DNA of 54,538 bases, the filler included, from Sphacelaria rigidula (Eukaryota): the NCBI GenBank assembly GCA_964200075.2. It is 3 parts of 3 records of this genome, joined end to end, with 100 filler letters (N's around TTAATTAATTAA, not from the genome) between each part and the next. Parts side by side here need not be neighbours in the genome. Positions count along the whole stretch, not along the records: positions 1 to 18,117 come from CAXNAA020000913.1; 2 more parts are not named here. One strand, given 5' to 3'. The notes beneath the pieces were generated by a model. It made no database searches, was not told where the DNA came from, and saw only the letters and a program-made list of their open reading frames with translations. The first letter of the stretch is position 1, and every line of letters starts with the position of its first letter. Of the stretch, positions 1-12,457 are shown one piece after another. A program made the translations under genes and the position numbers.

Positions 1-1188
1 CGTGGAATGGCGCAAAAGTTGCGTGGGTACCCCTTGGACCAGCAGCCAACTTTCTTCTCCCTTTTGGGCAATCAGGCCGAAGAAATCGGTGATTTGGTGA
101 CTCGTAGTCGTGATGATTTGTCCTAACCGTGCAAGTTTCTGCTTGTTGCTTTTGTTTCCGCATGTCGTGGAATGAAACGATAAACCTTGGCATATATATA
201 TATATATATATATCCGCTACTTCACTTCGACGTGTAGTGGGAATCTACTGCATCACGTTCAAAACGCTCTTCATCATGCAACTAGCAATTGGCAGTTGGG
301 GTTTGGCGTCTGGCAGTTCCACATCAAGCGTCCCGCCGTACATAGGTCACAAGTCCTCCTTTTTTCTTCATTTCCCTCATTCGGCGGACCAGCCACCGAC
401 CTACACGCCACGGCCAAAAAAACGGATTACTGTAGAACCACCAGGTACTAACGGAGCAGACAGGGCAACATAAAGCGGAAAATATCCGAAGTAGTCGACT
501 AGTGACTGGCCCGGGACGAACCCATTCTTCGTGTGCTATGGCCCTACCACAGAACGCCAGACATATGCTGTACAACGGGCCGACCGGAACACGGAAGACG
601 ACGCATGAAGCTGTGCACCGCCCGTTCCACACGCGTCGTTGACGCAGACGATTTCCGTCGACGCCTTCGAGTCATCCTCCGTCACCATTGATACCCCATA
701 TTCCTTTACGGCTGTAAAGTGCAGGCCTCAATCGTACAGTCGAGTTATATATAATGGTGCACGCATCTTTGTTATAAACTTACGATACAAAAATTGGTAT
801 ACAATTGCCGGTAACGGCAAACCTCAAATGAACTGGATAAACTGGCACCGTCGTCACCAGTTCCACTTCAATCGATAGTATAACGAACGTCGTCAAGTTC
901 ACAGCCCAACGAGCTACCCCGTGTGTACGCCGTGACACTCCCAGACGTTCGAGGGCGAGTCATCAGGTGCCTCGCCAGTCCCGAAAGTTCTCGAGATTAG
1001 TGTCGGTAATAATGGACCCAATGGACACTTTCCGTGGTACGGAATATCATGACGAACTCAATTCCCTCATCGGAGAACTCTTCACATATCTGAGGGGGTA
1101 TTTGGGGGAAGGAAAAGCCTCGAGGTTCGACAACAAATAATTAGGTTCACCCGGTCCGGCGAGAACCCGGTGTGCTCCATCCCAGCTG

Positions 1189-1260
1189 TGTAGGGATGCG
1201 AGGTCAATAGTCATATGACTATGGCCTGCAACGTCATGAGTATCCCTTCCTACCTCCCTC
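1189..1260 (+). mobile_element. 5' terminus of an LTR-like repeat (TGTAGGGATGCGAGGTCAA family)
   Basis: About 60 bp similar to 36445-36510 and to the reverse complement of 36277-36330; begins with TG. The 3' end was not located. Confidence 0.55.
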
Positions 1261-1949
1261 CCGCCCCCCGATCTCCTTTGCGGATACCGCAGTGTTATCG
1301 GTACAGCGGTACATGCGGAAGACAAGGCAACGCTAGAACCGGACTCGACCCTTGTATTCGTCGAGGTTAGCCATGCCGAGAAGCGCGACCTTCAAATCTG
1401 TCTGGGGTGGGTTTGCTCCCGACGCAAGGAATAGAAAAAGTACCCTAAATGCGATTCATTGGTTGCGCCCCATTGGTTGACCGACACACCCCGCCATGTC
1501 GGATACCATACTTGCGTGTCGCGTAGCAACTAATCTTGTAGTGGACGCAAAACGGAACACTAGTATCATCGGTGATTTTGCTTTCATCCGTGATTCCGCT
1601 CTGATCGGAACAGTAGTATTATCTGTGGTTTTGCTTTCGTCCGTGGTTCTACTCTGATGCCGACTTCGAATCACGTACGCGTTTCGTGCAGGAAAGTGTT
1701 GCGGGCACCAGAGCAAGAGCGTTGCAAGAGTTTGGCAAATTCATGAGAGAGCTCCCGGCATACGAGGAGAAGGTCCTCGTCCTGAGATAACACGAAGACC
1801 TTCACTGCTGACACGCACTGGACCATCACGAAATGGCTCGGTAGGTGGATCCAAAATGCTTCATATTTGGGAAGGGAAAAAGAGGCCAGGAACAAAAACC
1901 CGGCGACAGCTTCTCAAGGGGTCAAACAAATAGTGCTTCATCTGGAAAC

Positions 1950-2300
1950 TAAGTGCTTCTTGTGCTGCTGATTTGTTCGGTAGAGGGTCGATCCTCGGGC
2001 TTTGTTTTCAGCATCGCACCACAAGCACGCGTAAACCAGGCACCTGGAATTCCAACGATGATGCATCCGACCCTGCGACCTCTACTCGCGAAGCCCCGAC
2101 GAAAATTCTCCACACTACTGAAATCTGGCGGACGCGTTACAGTCGGGCTGTGCCGGAAGGTTTTGAAAAATATTTCGGCGGGGAAGCAAGGCAGGATATC
2201 CAGTCATTTCCAGGTGTTGAAATCGCTTGGTGAACACTGATTCATCCAAGACTCGACTTCTTCGACACGCAGAGGAGCGTGCACCATGCCAAGGTAACGG
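1950..2300 (-). pseudogene. Possible decayed protein-kinase C-lobe fragment
   Basis: A minus-strand frame with an internal stop ends ...ACGAMLKTKPEDRPSTEQI, resembling kinase subdomain XI (ML..DP..RPS..E.L). No other kinase motif was found. Confidence 0.25.
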
Positions 2301-3029
2301 ACATATCCAGTAGAGTTCATCCAGTAGTTTTATTTCTCAACCTAGTGAGAAAACCACGAACCATCGGGCTTCCCCTTCACTCCGCTTTAGCGTGTCGTCA
2401 CTGTGACAAGGAGCTATGATTTCTACTTTCTTCTTGGGGGGGGGGCTTGTTGAAAGGTCTCCGAAATAGAGGTAACGAGTATCACAAACTCGAGGTTCCT
2501 GGTATATTTGACTGTAAATTACTGTGAAGAAAATACCAGCAACAGGAGCAGTCTATTTATTTCTGTTTTTGACTCCTGCTAAACCGTTGGGATCTCTTCT
2601 ATATCCTAGTTCTCATGAAAATATCAACTGAACCACGGCATCAAAACAGCAAACCGTTCGGGAACGCATGTGCGCGCCACGGCACGCCACGCCAGGCGTC
2701 AACGGGGACGCGGTACCCCCACAAGGGTGCAAGTGAAAAAAATATGTGCAAGTTCACCACACTCCCACATGACCATACCAACAATCCATTCGAAAATGAG
2801 ACGTATCATTCAGAACTTTACATCCCTCTGCCATCATCTCCGAAAATTTCCCACCTCCCCTTGCCCGTTCCTTGCCCGGCGGTCGGGTTTCGTTCTTTGA
2901 CCAACCGTACTTACACAAATTTGGTTACTCATAGATGCCGGTGCATACTCTGTGCACCCCGCTTCAGAGAACGGCGGACACGTACGAGGGCAGCGAAACG
3001 AAGCGGGGTCGAAATCAATCGTACCCTAC

Positions 3030-3930
3030 GCCTTCATCCACCCCGCACCCCGGAGGACAAAGTAATATACGAGAACAGTGACAGATGAACCGCCGGTCCA
3101 CATGATGGGTCTCGTGGGGGGAATAGGTTGATGGAAGTCATGGTGGAGTTTGTGCGAGAAGCCAAGCGTATGTGTCCGTGTGACAAGTAACAACAAATCG
3201 AATCGAGCGAACGACTTCTCTTCGAACCGATCGTTCTGTGAACCGACTGTAGATTCCATCATTTTTTCAGCTACACCTGCTACTGCATGAAACGTACCAT
3301 ATGAAGAGAAGAAAAAAAAAGACCGAGTGGGGTACTTGAACAAGACGAGCAAAACCGTCCGTCGACAGCCACCGATATATCCTGCTCTCGTGAAGCGGTA
3401 GCCAAGCCTACCCTCCCGCCCACATCCCACTCTCCCCGATAACGCTAGCACCCAAGCGCGCAAGCCACGCTCCTTCATCTCACACGCATTCACGTCCAAC
3501 TTCAAGTACACAGAACTCACTTGTTCCCTTTCAGATGCTCCCACCATGGATACCCTCCTCCCCCGCCACCACCCCCCCCACCACCACCCCCATTCGCCGG
3601 AGTCCACGCGGGCGCGTTCACGCCCTTCCTGCCGCTCCCGCTGCCGCCACGACCCTTGCCGCCGCCCCCGTAGCTGGAGGACCCATTGCTTCCCCCAGAG
3701 CGCTGCGCGTACGGATTACTCCCGTCTGAAGGCCCATAATGGCCGACGTTGTTTGCCTGATGAGTACCGCCGCCTGAAGATGAAGACGGAGGCCCGTAGT
3801 AGCCGCTGCTGCCGACGCTCCCGCCACTAGCCCCGCCGCTGCTGGAGGCGGCACCGGCTGTATATGAGGAAGAACCATAGTTTCCGCCCCGGTTGCCGTG
3901 GATTCCCGACGCTGGGCCATAGTAGGCCAT
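3030..3930 (-). CDS. Putative first two exons of a gene: Gly/Ser/Tyr-rich N-terminus followed by a hydrophobic segment
   Basis: ATG at 3930 opens MAYYGPASGIHGNRGGNYG...GGGGYPWWEHLKGN to a strong donor aa|gtgagt at 3521. A phase-compatible exon 3110-~3030 gives K-PIMWTGGSSVTVLVYYFVLRGAGWMK. No family recognised. Confidence 0.5.
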
Positions 3931-4690
3931 GCTCTGTAGTGGTTGCCACCCCAAGCGTTAAATTGAGAGAAAGCGCAGGGGCGGGTGAAACAGCGCCGGT
4001 ATATGCCGTGGCGGCAGAGGCGTGTGCGGTGGTCGCTGAAACATGTAAAAAATAAGACTGTGCGGTTTTTATTTCCAACAATTTATTGCGGATATTTTTT
4101 GGGTCGTGTATCATACACGCCGTGATTCAGTCAACTTTGATCGAAGTTCGTCGTGTCTCATCACCATGGGTGGTGATTGTTGGATCATGCAGATTCAGGT
4201 CTTCGAAGAAGAGCTGTTGATCATCCCGAGCGCTTCCATCGTGCAAAGGCGACAAGCATTCGTTTTTCTTTTTCTTCTTCTTACCCGTCTCAAATCATTA
4301 GAACCACGGTTCACCATACGTTGTTTATATAAGTGGGACCGTTACCTACTCCAGGTCTTTGCAAGGATTAGCAGTCCCGAGCGCTCTCGTTTGCAAACTT
4401 TCCCCAGCACGTACAGCGTGCCCGCTGTTTCTCCTCACCCGTGGCTCCTCGTTGTGCCTTGGGTCGAGGTTAGGGTCCAGTACAATCAAATCTCGAATGA
4501 GTCAACCATGATACAGTGAAGATACTTGCGCAACACCAGTTGCTCAACGTCAGTTCGCAAGAACAGACTCATGACAATAACGACCACGTTATATGAGACT
4601 AATATCTCATCGGAAGCAATTTCCATTTGCCAGGTCGACGTCAGTTACAAGTACGCAGGTGCGGAGCTGAAGCTTGGGTGTGCACTTACA

Positions 4691-4796
4691 TAACCTTTAC
4701 ACGGCGAGAGCAGGTCATCTGTTGAATCGGCATCAACTTCACTGAAGGAGAGTGTGCATGTTCCACATGGACTAGTAGCCCCGCGATCTGAGGGAT
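4691..4796 (-). mobile_element. piggyBac-like ~100-bp MITE (degenerate)
   Basis: Reverse-complement copy with GAATCGGCATCAA core and degenerate CCCTT/AAGGG ends. Confidence 0.6.
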
Positions 4797-5243
4797 GAGC
4801 AGTCATTTATCGGAGTAGTAAACGTACCTCTCCAGTCGCTGACAGCTGACAGTTTACCCGAACTGGTCGACAAACGATCATGGTTGAAAAATCACTCAAA
4901 TTCTACGTAGTCTGTACTGCCGACTCGACCAACAGCTTGGTCGTTCAACCCACCCCTGTGTCCAAGACGTCGCACGCGCCCTCATTATGCGACTAGTGAC
5001 TGTGACCGGTTTCGTTGTTTATCTTTGAACAACAGTACAGTCGAGTCTGCTCCAGCTCGGGGCCAACATGTCATGGTTGGTATTGTTTGATTTGGGTGCG
5101 AACACGAGGATTCGGCTCTCTAGTGGGGCTGAGCTCACAGTCTCAAGTGCTTCTCCGCGTGTGTAAGTAGGACTCGTTCGTGCACGCTGTAGGGGCCGAT
5201 TTGAGGCTTGCCAACGCACCCTTTGACTGTGGCACTTTTCTCT

Positions 5244-5600
5244 GCCGGTCGCCCCGGGGGCTCAGTCGGTAACCTCGAAACCCTTTTGACGGTTGGGTCG
5301 TGGGTCCAAAATCTCGGTGGAGTCACACGATCTGGGATTTTTTCTCACACCATGCCCGAGAGTGGAGAGCGACCATGTCGTGGGTACACAAAATTCGACT
5401 CAATGGTCGACGAGGGGAAGGGACTGCTGGACCCCTCTCGCGATAAAAAATGAAGGCAAGCACCGCAGAAGGAAGGTGGGGAACTAAAATAAAGAAAAAA
5501 GCTGTTGTGTTGGCCTTCCTGTGTGACCCCGGCTGGTGCGCCCTCATATACGGAAAGGTGCGGACCGGCGTCCAGAATAGATGAGACGACACCACACACC
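5244..5600 (+). mobile_element. tRNA-derived SINE, near full length
   Basis: Head GCCGGTCGCCCCGGGGGCTCAGTCGGTAACC (A-box-like) with a degenerate B box near 5302, body ...CCTGTGTGACCCCGGCTGGTGCGCCC..., and a CA-rich tail. Further copies at 13063-13165 and 15920-16298. Confidence 0.7.
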
Positions 5601-5737
5601 TATTTGCATCCCCCTTGCCTGAAGACTTTCGGTATGGCTTTGGGTTGGGGCCATGGTCAGGGTTAGGGTTATCGTTATATTATTATTTTATCGATCGTGA
5701 GTACAACAGCCCCGAACTGGGAAAAATCATCCTCAAG

Positions 5738-5846
5738 CCTTAGACCGCGGTGCGGGTAGTCCATCTGGATCACGCATTCTTTCGTTCAAGTGAAAATTGG
5801 TGCCGATTCAGGAGGTGGCCTACCCTCGCGGTCTAATAAGGGTTAA
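5738..5846 (+). mobile_element. piggyBac-like ~100-bp MITE
   Basis: CCTTAGACCGCG...GGTGCCGATTC...CTACCCTCGCGGTCTAATAAGGG followed by TTAA. Confidence 0.75.
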
Positions 5847-7084
5847 CTTGGGTTGGGGTTAGGATGAGGGTCAGAGTTAGCGTGTTATTGTTTGCGCTAC
5901 TGCAGGGTTCGATGAAAAACAAAGTACATTCAAGACGATGAAAATCGCCCAACAGTAGCGCAAACGCTCGTCAGATTTTAGCGTAGGAGCTAAGTACGAG
6001 CTGGGCCGGCCTCAAAACTGAACTTCCCACCACCGGACATATCTCGAGAGCCCGGACGACATATCGCAAAGTGAACATATCCCCGTGATCGGCAGATCAC
6101 CCCATGTGTACTCCGACAGCTCTGAGGGTCCGTCTTTGCGAGAGACAAAAAGACGCGAGAAACGAAACAAACGTCCGAGGCAGCACGTTCAATGGTCCCC
6201 AGGCGGAACTACGGTTGTGGTGACTAACCGACATACTGCTGTCGGGCGCTTCTTTCGTTCTACGCATTTTTACCGTCTCAAGAAGACACGACTCCAACGC
6301 TTGGATCGCAAGGGTGGTTCATGTCGATACAGAACAGCTTTTTTCCCCTCGCTACACAAAACGTCTTCTTCCATAATCATGTGGATGCTGGACATCTACA
6401 TGGAAAACAGTTGCGGAGAACCGCTGACCTGTTTTGACCCTGCAACCAATAGCGTGCAGAGTCAGTGCGTGTGCGGTATGCCTCCGCTGGATGCAACGGC
6501 AAGAAACAGTCAACGCGTCCTCATTCTCGACTGAACACAATTTCCTGCATGTTGCTGACTTCTCTGCTTGGCGCGTTCCACAACGCTACAGACTATGTGA
6601 AGCTATTCTGACGGTGCATGAGGCGTCAGACAGGCGGCATTAAGACAACGAGCAGAATACAGAACAAGTTATCTGTACCCATGAAATCTATGGTTGAATT
6701 GCAATGACCCAAAATGAGATACGAAGTAGTCCGTCAGTAGTCTACCTGTAGCGGAACTACGTGCTCATTTTGAAGACCGTGATTGGTCAGAATGGTCATT
6801 CCGCGCCCATCGGGCCTCGTTCGTGGCTCAGAATCTTCAGCGGGAAACTTGTTTACACACATGGTTGAATTGATGAGATTCCCGGCTGCTCTGTGGACAG
6901 ACCCTATACCCCCCGCCCCGTCTCGAAAGGGATGTGAGGTCAATGGCCAAACGAGTAAGGCAAGCAACGAATGAGCTCATCTGGATCATCTGGCTGGATT
7001 GTTACAATCAGCCTATGTGATATTACAATAATAATAATAATAATAATAATAATAATCAATAAACCAACAAAATCAATGTAGAGT

Positions 7085-7647
7085 TTTTTCAACTGAAATT
7101 GATGCCGATTCGACAGATGTCCTACTCTCGCCGTCAAAAGGTCAACCCTTTGACCGCGAGGGAGTAAGCCATCTGACCATACACTCATTTGTCGAGTGAT
7201 ACTGTTGCTGATTCAACAGGTGACCTATGCTCGCGGTCGAAGGGTCAACCCTTTGGGAACCGGACTCCCGTGAACATGAAGTTTGTACGCAGGAGCCTTC
7301 TCGTGAATCAGTATCATTTATACTTGAAACGAAGCGAAAGTGGTGGCGATTCACAAAAAGGCCCCTGGGTACAAACCCCATGTTTCTGAGAGTCCCGACC
7401 GGAAAAGGTGAACCCCTAAACCGCGGTGCGAGTAGTCCATCTACATCACGCGCACTTTTTTCAAGGGAATATTGATGCCGATTCAGCAGGTGACCTACCC
7501 ACGCGGTCAGAGGGTGAAACCGTTTGACCGCGAGGGTAGCAACCCTTAGACCGCGATGCGGGTAGTCCATCTGGATCACACATACTTTTCTCAGTGAAAC
7601 TGATGCCGATTAAGCAGGTCGACCTACCCTCGCGGTCAAACGGTGAA
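7085..7647 (+). mobile_element. Tandem array of 5-6 piggyBac-like MITEs
   Basis: Units ~7085-7141 (partial), 7146-7244, 7249-7408 (a different, palindromic subtype), 7413-7514, 7519-7540 (partial), 7543-7643. The first four junctions are single TCAA/TGAA tetramers between ...GG and CCC.../ACC... ends. Confidence 0.8.
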
Positions 7648-9829
7648 GGCTACTTGAAGGTGTTCAATACAAGAAAAGCTGTGCCGATAATCTACTGGAT
7701 CAAGTAGGGGGTAACCACATGAAAATGCGGCGGAACTAGTGTTGAATGCGGCATAATTTTTGTGCTCAGCAGTGTACTGGGTGTTGGGTCTGTTTGCTCA
7801 ACACACCCTCGCGCACTGCACACGCTCCGTGCCATAGCGTCAAGCTTGGCGGGAGATCAGCGACGGGGCAGGACCTCTCTTCCTCCCAAATCTCACAGTA
7901 CCAAAAAGTAAATGTGGGCGATGAGGCATTGGTGCAGAAGACCGAAGACGCATCCTGTCAACTGCACCTCGCGACCATTCGCCTCTCATGAGGAGGCTGA
8001 GGCGGGCGTGCACTCGTGGCATCTGTGTTGGGAACTATAATAGGGCGTCGTGGGAATCCCACGGAGGCGATGAGTCTTCAAGCCCCCGAGCAAGCGGCAG
8101 GGTCTGGATCTGCAGCATCCACGAGCGAATGGAGTCCCATACATCCGCCGAGTGCGTTGTACTGTGCCGCCTATACTGCAGGTAGGATCCCCTTGGCTGC
8201 CACGCCTCCTTTCGGAACAACATTATCGCAGGAACAGTACCACAGTGTACTGTAGGGCAACAGAGAGAAGCAAGCCCCCCAAAAAAATGTTCCGAAAGAA
8301 GGCCCGGTGACCAAGGTCTTGCGACGTGCGGTGCACCAAGTGTAACGCACCTGGTGGTGAGGGTGTGGGACTTGTGCATGTGGGTACCGCCGACCGAGTG
8401 GGTAATCGCACGCTGCGCACACGTGAAGACTCGTACAAGATACCTCCCTCTTGATCGATGATACCCGGAACACGGAAGCCGTTTCATAGCTATACCTATA
8501 ATAGTTGCACTGCGTCATCCGAATGGTGGACACAAACATGTTTACACTCCACCTGTATAACCCAGTTGACGCAGATAATGCTCTGATCAACGTGTGTAAC
8601 CAACATGAGTTTTAGCAAAAGAACAGAGTCACGGGCCTACTTCCAGCTAGTTCTATGTTAGCCCGTTCATTCGTTTGGTGCTTGCCACTAACAACCAGGG
8701 CGGTGGGTTGAAACACGACGCGCCATATCCGTGCACTTTCTAGAGCACCCCGCAGCGCACGGGTCGCTGCCAAAGGCTACGGCTAATCTCCAACATCGGC
8801 TTGATCCACGCCTTCAGCTGCCACGCCTCCAGCAGACGAGTGTCGTTAGTGCTGTGTCAAGATCTCCCGTGATGGGAACGAACTTTTTCGTCCGTTACGA
8901 AACAAGCCGGCAGGCCGTAACGCCGCACCAACGCACGGGTACTGTCGGGGAGAGTCGAATCATGCACTGGACCATAATAAATCCTTCACTTTCCGCGATC
9001 GAAAGTGTTGTGCATGGCGTCGCTCACGCGGCGCTTGACCCCTACAGGTATCGCCCGCAGCAACTCCCCCTAGCAATGTGACTGTCTCTAGTACAGACCA
9101 CCCGATATCCGAAGATTCATCGTCTGCATTTCGATGGGCTTAAGATGACGGCTCGTGCTGCTGTAAGGTTGGGTTGGTGTGATGGATCAGCACTGCCCAG
9201 ATGGGCTAGTTTGTGGACAGATAATTATATCTCGGGTTCCAAAAATGGGCGGAGCTAACTAGTGGTTCTAATGCTGACGCTCGGGCGCCAAGTCAGACAG
9301 AAAAATAATCCTTATTTCGGAGTATGACAAGTGCAGCAGTCCATGTCCATGAGTAACCACGCGATTTGGAGTTATTGGGGGGCGTCGCACAGCACAGCAC
9401 TCGCAGCTGCATCTTCCGCAGGCGTCCTCGGCACAACGGTCACACCCGCAACAGTTTGCTCTCGCCGGCGGTAGCATGACCACCGCTCATGATCGTCGTC
9501 TCGACTAATGATGGGAATTCCATCTTCAACATCGGGATATATCGTTATCGATATCGCCCAAAGTGGCGCTATATCTCGACACCATATCGTATCTCGTACC
9601 CCGCGATATATCGTGCGATCCGTGATATCACGTAATAGCCGATATATCGCGGGATACAACCTATGATACATACAATTTCAATTTCATGTGTGAAAAGCAG
9701 GGTTGCACACCGGATATCGATAATAGATACGATTTCCATCGGCGATACGCAGTATCGATATCGAAGGGTAGCAAACCGATATTCTCCGATACGTATCAAA
9801 ATCGAATATCGATACGCTTGATTTTTTAC

Positions 9830-10050
9830 CCCTTTTCCGTCACATTAGCTCAATATATCGAACCCGCAGTCACATGAACCGCAGGGGGGAAAGGTATTTT
9901 CCGAACGGCGGACCCCCAGTTGTTTCAGCCCCACCCCCCGCCGCTTTACAAGGTCGCTTACAACATCGCTACGATGAATCGCAACAGGTTGGGTGCCGAA
10001 TCGGTCAACCACCGGGCGTTTTTTCACGGGTGCCACGGAGTCACGTGGGA
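9830..10050 (+). pseudogene. hAT transposase C-terminal dimerisation-domain remnant
   Basis: Frameshifted TLAQYIEPAVT* / GERYF / AYNIATMNRNRLGAESVNHRAFFH matches the hATC pattern LA..YL..PATS..SER.FS....I.T..RNRL....V..L.FL. Confidence 0.65.
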
Positions 10051-10544
10051 TATGGGCGATTCCAACTTGAGGTCCAAGGAAAAGTTGCGCTCCTCCACAT
10101 GAGCAGTCACCACAGTAACCAACTTACTTCTGTGTGTTCGGCGTTTACGCAATGGTTACAAACTGCACTTGCGAGTATTGCTGTAGAGCGGTTGCAAGGT
10201 GTGCAAATGGATGCAGTATCGTTTTGTAGGATGGGAGGCGACGGAGTAACCACTGGTGCCTTGTAGGTTTGGTGATTTGATATAGCTGGGGTGTTGAACA
10301 ACAGCGACATACCGGTGGCGTGGTGGAGTAGATCTGAGGTCACGATCACTGCAAAGCTGCAAATGACAGTAGAAAACAGCTGCTCCTCGGAGTATAAAAA
10401 TATGGTAGCGTCGCTTCGCCCTTTTTTCACGTTTGATTAGTGTTGGATTTATTTTCCCTCCCATCTATCAGTCTACACAACCTATTTGTTGCAAGCTTCT
10501 TGTTCCTTCTTCTTGGTTGTTGGCATTTGGGGGGAATATCTTGA

Positions 10545-10663
10545 CCCTTTGGAAACCTATTGACGATTTTTGTTTTTGTTAATCGACATCATTTTGACTA
10601 GAAAATGAATGAAAATGATGTCGATTCGCAAAAAACGAAAATCGCCAATGGGTTCCCAAAGGG
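10545..10663. mobile_element. Palindromic piggyBac-like MITE nested in the hAT element
   Basis: TTGA|CCCTTTGGAAACCTATTGACGATTTT...AATCGACATCATTTT / AAAATGATGTCGATT...AAAATCGCCAATGGGTTCCCAAAGGG|TTAA; arms of about 50 bp. Confidence 0.75.
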
Positions 10664-12013
10664 TTAACGAGACTAGAAAAGGAAGCAATAAACGGAACGA
10701 GCGTCCAAAAGCTACACGTCCATCAGTCATCAAAACCATTGACCCGCCCGCCGATCAATCAACAAGCTGCTTTTGCCGCTTGTTTCACTCTACCCCTCAT
10801 TTCTTTTTCGTCTCGATGAAACAGACCCTTAGTCACGCGTTTATATATTGTTTGGCATCCAAAAATTAAAATTCGACGCATGCTGCCGACATTTTCATTT
10901 TACGTTAATGGTGGTGAAAAACGTGAAAAAAAAGCGCATTCGAGATTGTGCATGTTCGAGTTTTGGCGCGTTTTGTTTTGAGTGAGTGCGCAGAGTCGAG
11001 GTATGAGCTTATTCGATCGAAGCACACAAAATAATGGCCGTTAAAATAAATATATCCAATAACACACCCGGCCCGCTGTGATCAATTACCCCTTGCACGA
11101 TAACAAAAGGTTTCCGCTACACAGCTGCATCATTGCATGCCGCCGCTGTTGGGAAGTCAAATTGCACACTACCGCTGCTGTATACACCATATGTCCACTG
11201 CTGTGACACACGCGGTCATTCGGCTATCCCCAGAATTCCTCCAGCGTGTGGTCAACTTTTCGAGCCTCCGGTGGGGTGCGCAGCCTTCCAGAGGAATATT
11301 TTTTGCTTCCCTCCAGAGGGATTCAACGCCTCCGGAGGCTTGTTTTGCCTCTCGAGGGCCGCGCATCCCTCCAGAGACATTTCGGGAGGTAGCCAAAGGG
11401 CCACGTGCGAAACTAGAAAATAACGTGGTTTTTAAAACGTACCTCACACCCTCAGGAGCGACTTTCAAAGCTCGATTACCCCACAACGAAGATGGTACCA
11501 ACATAAAACGACACGTTTTGGAAAGCTCTCGGCGTGATGGTTGCAACGACCCTCAGTTTAGCCCCGGCATCGTCTCTGGTGAGGAGTAAATGAGCATTGA
11601 AATTCAGTCCAGGGTATGTGGTATCTTATGCAACCTACAATATTAGTAAGTGAGGGTGCCAGTGTGCCAGTGCATCGCTCGGTCTTGTACACTGCGGCCA
11701 TACCAAAACAGCCGTATCATATCGAATATCGATACTGGGCACGTATCGTTTCATTTTCGGAATATCGACAAAAAAAGTGGTATCGTCGGTTGTGGGTCGA
11801 TATTCTAAAAACATCGTCTCGAACTTTATTTTCGGTCCGATATGCGACCCTGATGAAAAGCAGGTTGGTTCTAGATTCTAGACGTTTTGGGCAAATGTGA
11901 AGGCGAATATCCCGACACCGTATCCGATATATAATGCGATCACACGCGATTCGATATGTCGGATATCGTTCTGCCTGGATATTTTTCTCGGTAAAGCCGG
12001 ATGTTATGGAAAA

Positions 12014-12457
12014 CGATTTTTTGGCCTACGGATTGTTCACCTTGAGGACATTTGACCACCTTTTTGGCCCCCAAACAGGGAAAATCATCAAGACACGTCT
12101 CGGACACCTTGCATCACCCCACAGAGAGGAGCCTAGCCCACTTTTCAGATTTTCTTGGCTCCGAGGTTTCGAGAGCGGTCGCTGAACAAAAATTCGTGTG
12201 CGAAAATCCGTGCTTGCCGGCCCCGGCCAGTTTGCCCAATAATTCGTGGAGATCGCCGTATATTTTGTTGCACACGGAGTATTGTTCAGCGACCGCTCTC
12301 GAAACCTTAGAGCCAAGCGAATCTGAAAAGGGGGCTAGGCTCCGCTCTGTGGGGTGATGCAAGGTGTCCAAGACGTGTGTTGGCGATTTTCCCTTCTTGG
12401 GGGTCAAAAAGTGGCTCAAGCGCCACAAAAGTGAACAATCCGTGGGCCAAAAATCCG
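12014..12457. mobile_element. Foldback (palindromic) non-autonomous element
   Basis: Arms of about 190 bp, e.g. GGACACCTTGCATCACCCCACAGAG / CTCTGTGGGGTGATGCAAGGTGTCC and GGTTTCGAGAGCGGTCGCTGAACAA / TTGTTCAGCGACCGCTCTCGAAACC. Confidence 0.85.

Larger units (their letters stand above)
9698..11852 (+). mobile_element. Internally deleted hAT transposon
   Basis: TIRs CAGGGTTGCACACCGGA / TCCGATATGCGACCCTG; 8-bp TSD GTGAAAAG (9690-9697) / ATGAAAAG (11853-11860); CGATA-rich subterminal regions; transposase remnant inside. Confidence 0.8.

Noticed and set aside
5244-5330. tRNA gene
   Set aside because: Degenerate B box, no complete cloverleaf, and continuous with a repeated SINE body.
5640-5885. Telomere-like GGGTTAGGGTT motifs, also at ~12775-12810
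   Set aside because: Only 2-3 degenerate units, so not a telomeric array.
7085-7647. CRISPR-like repeat array
   Set aside because: The units are ~100-bp TIR elements without unique spacers, no cas genes are present, and the context is eukaryotic.
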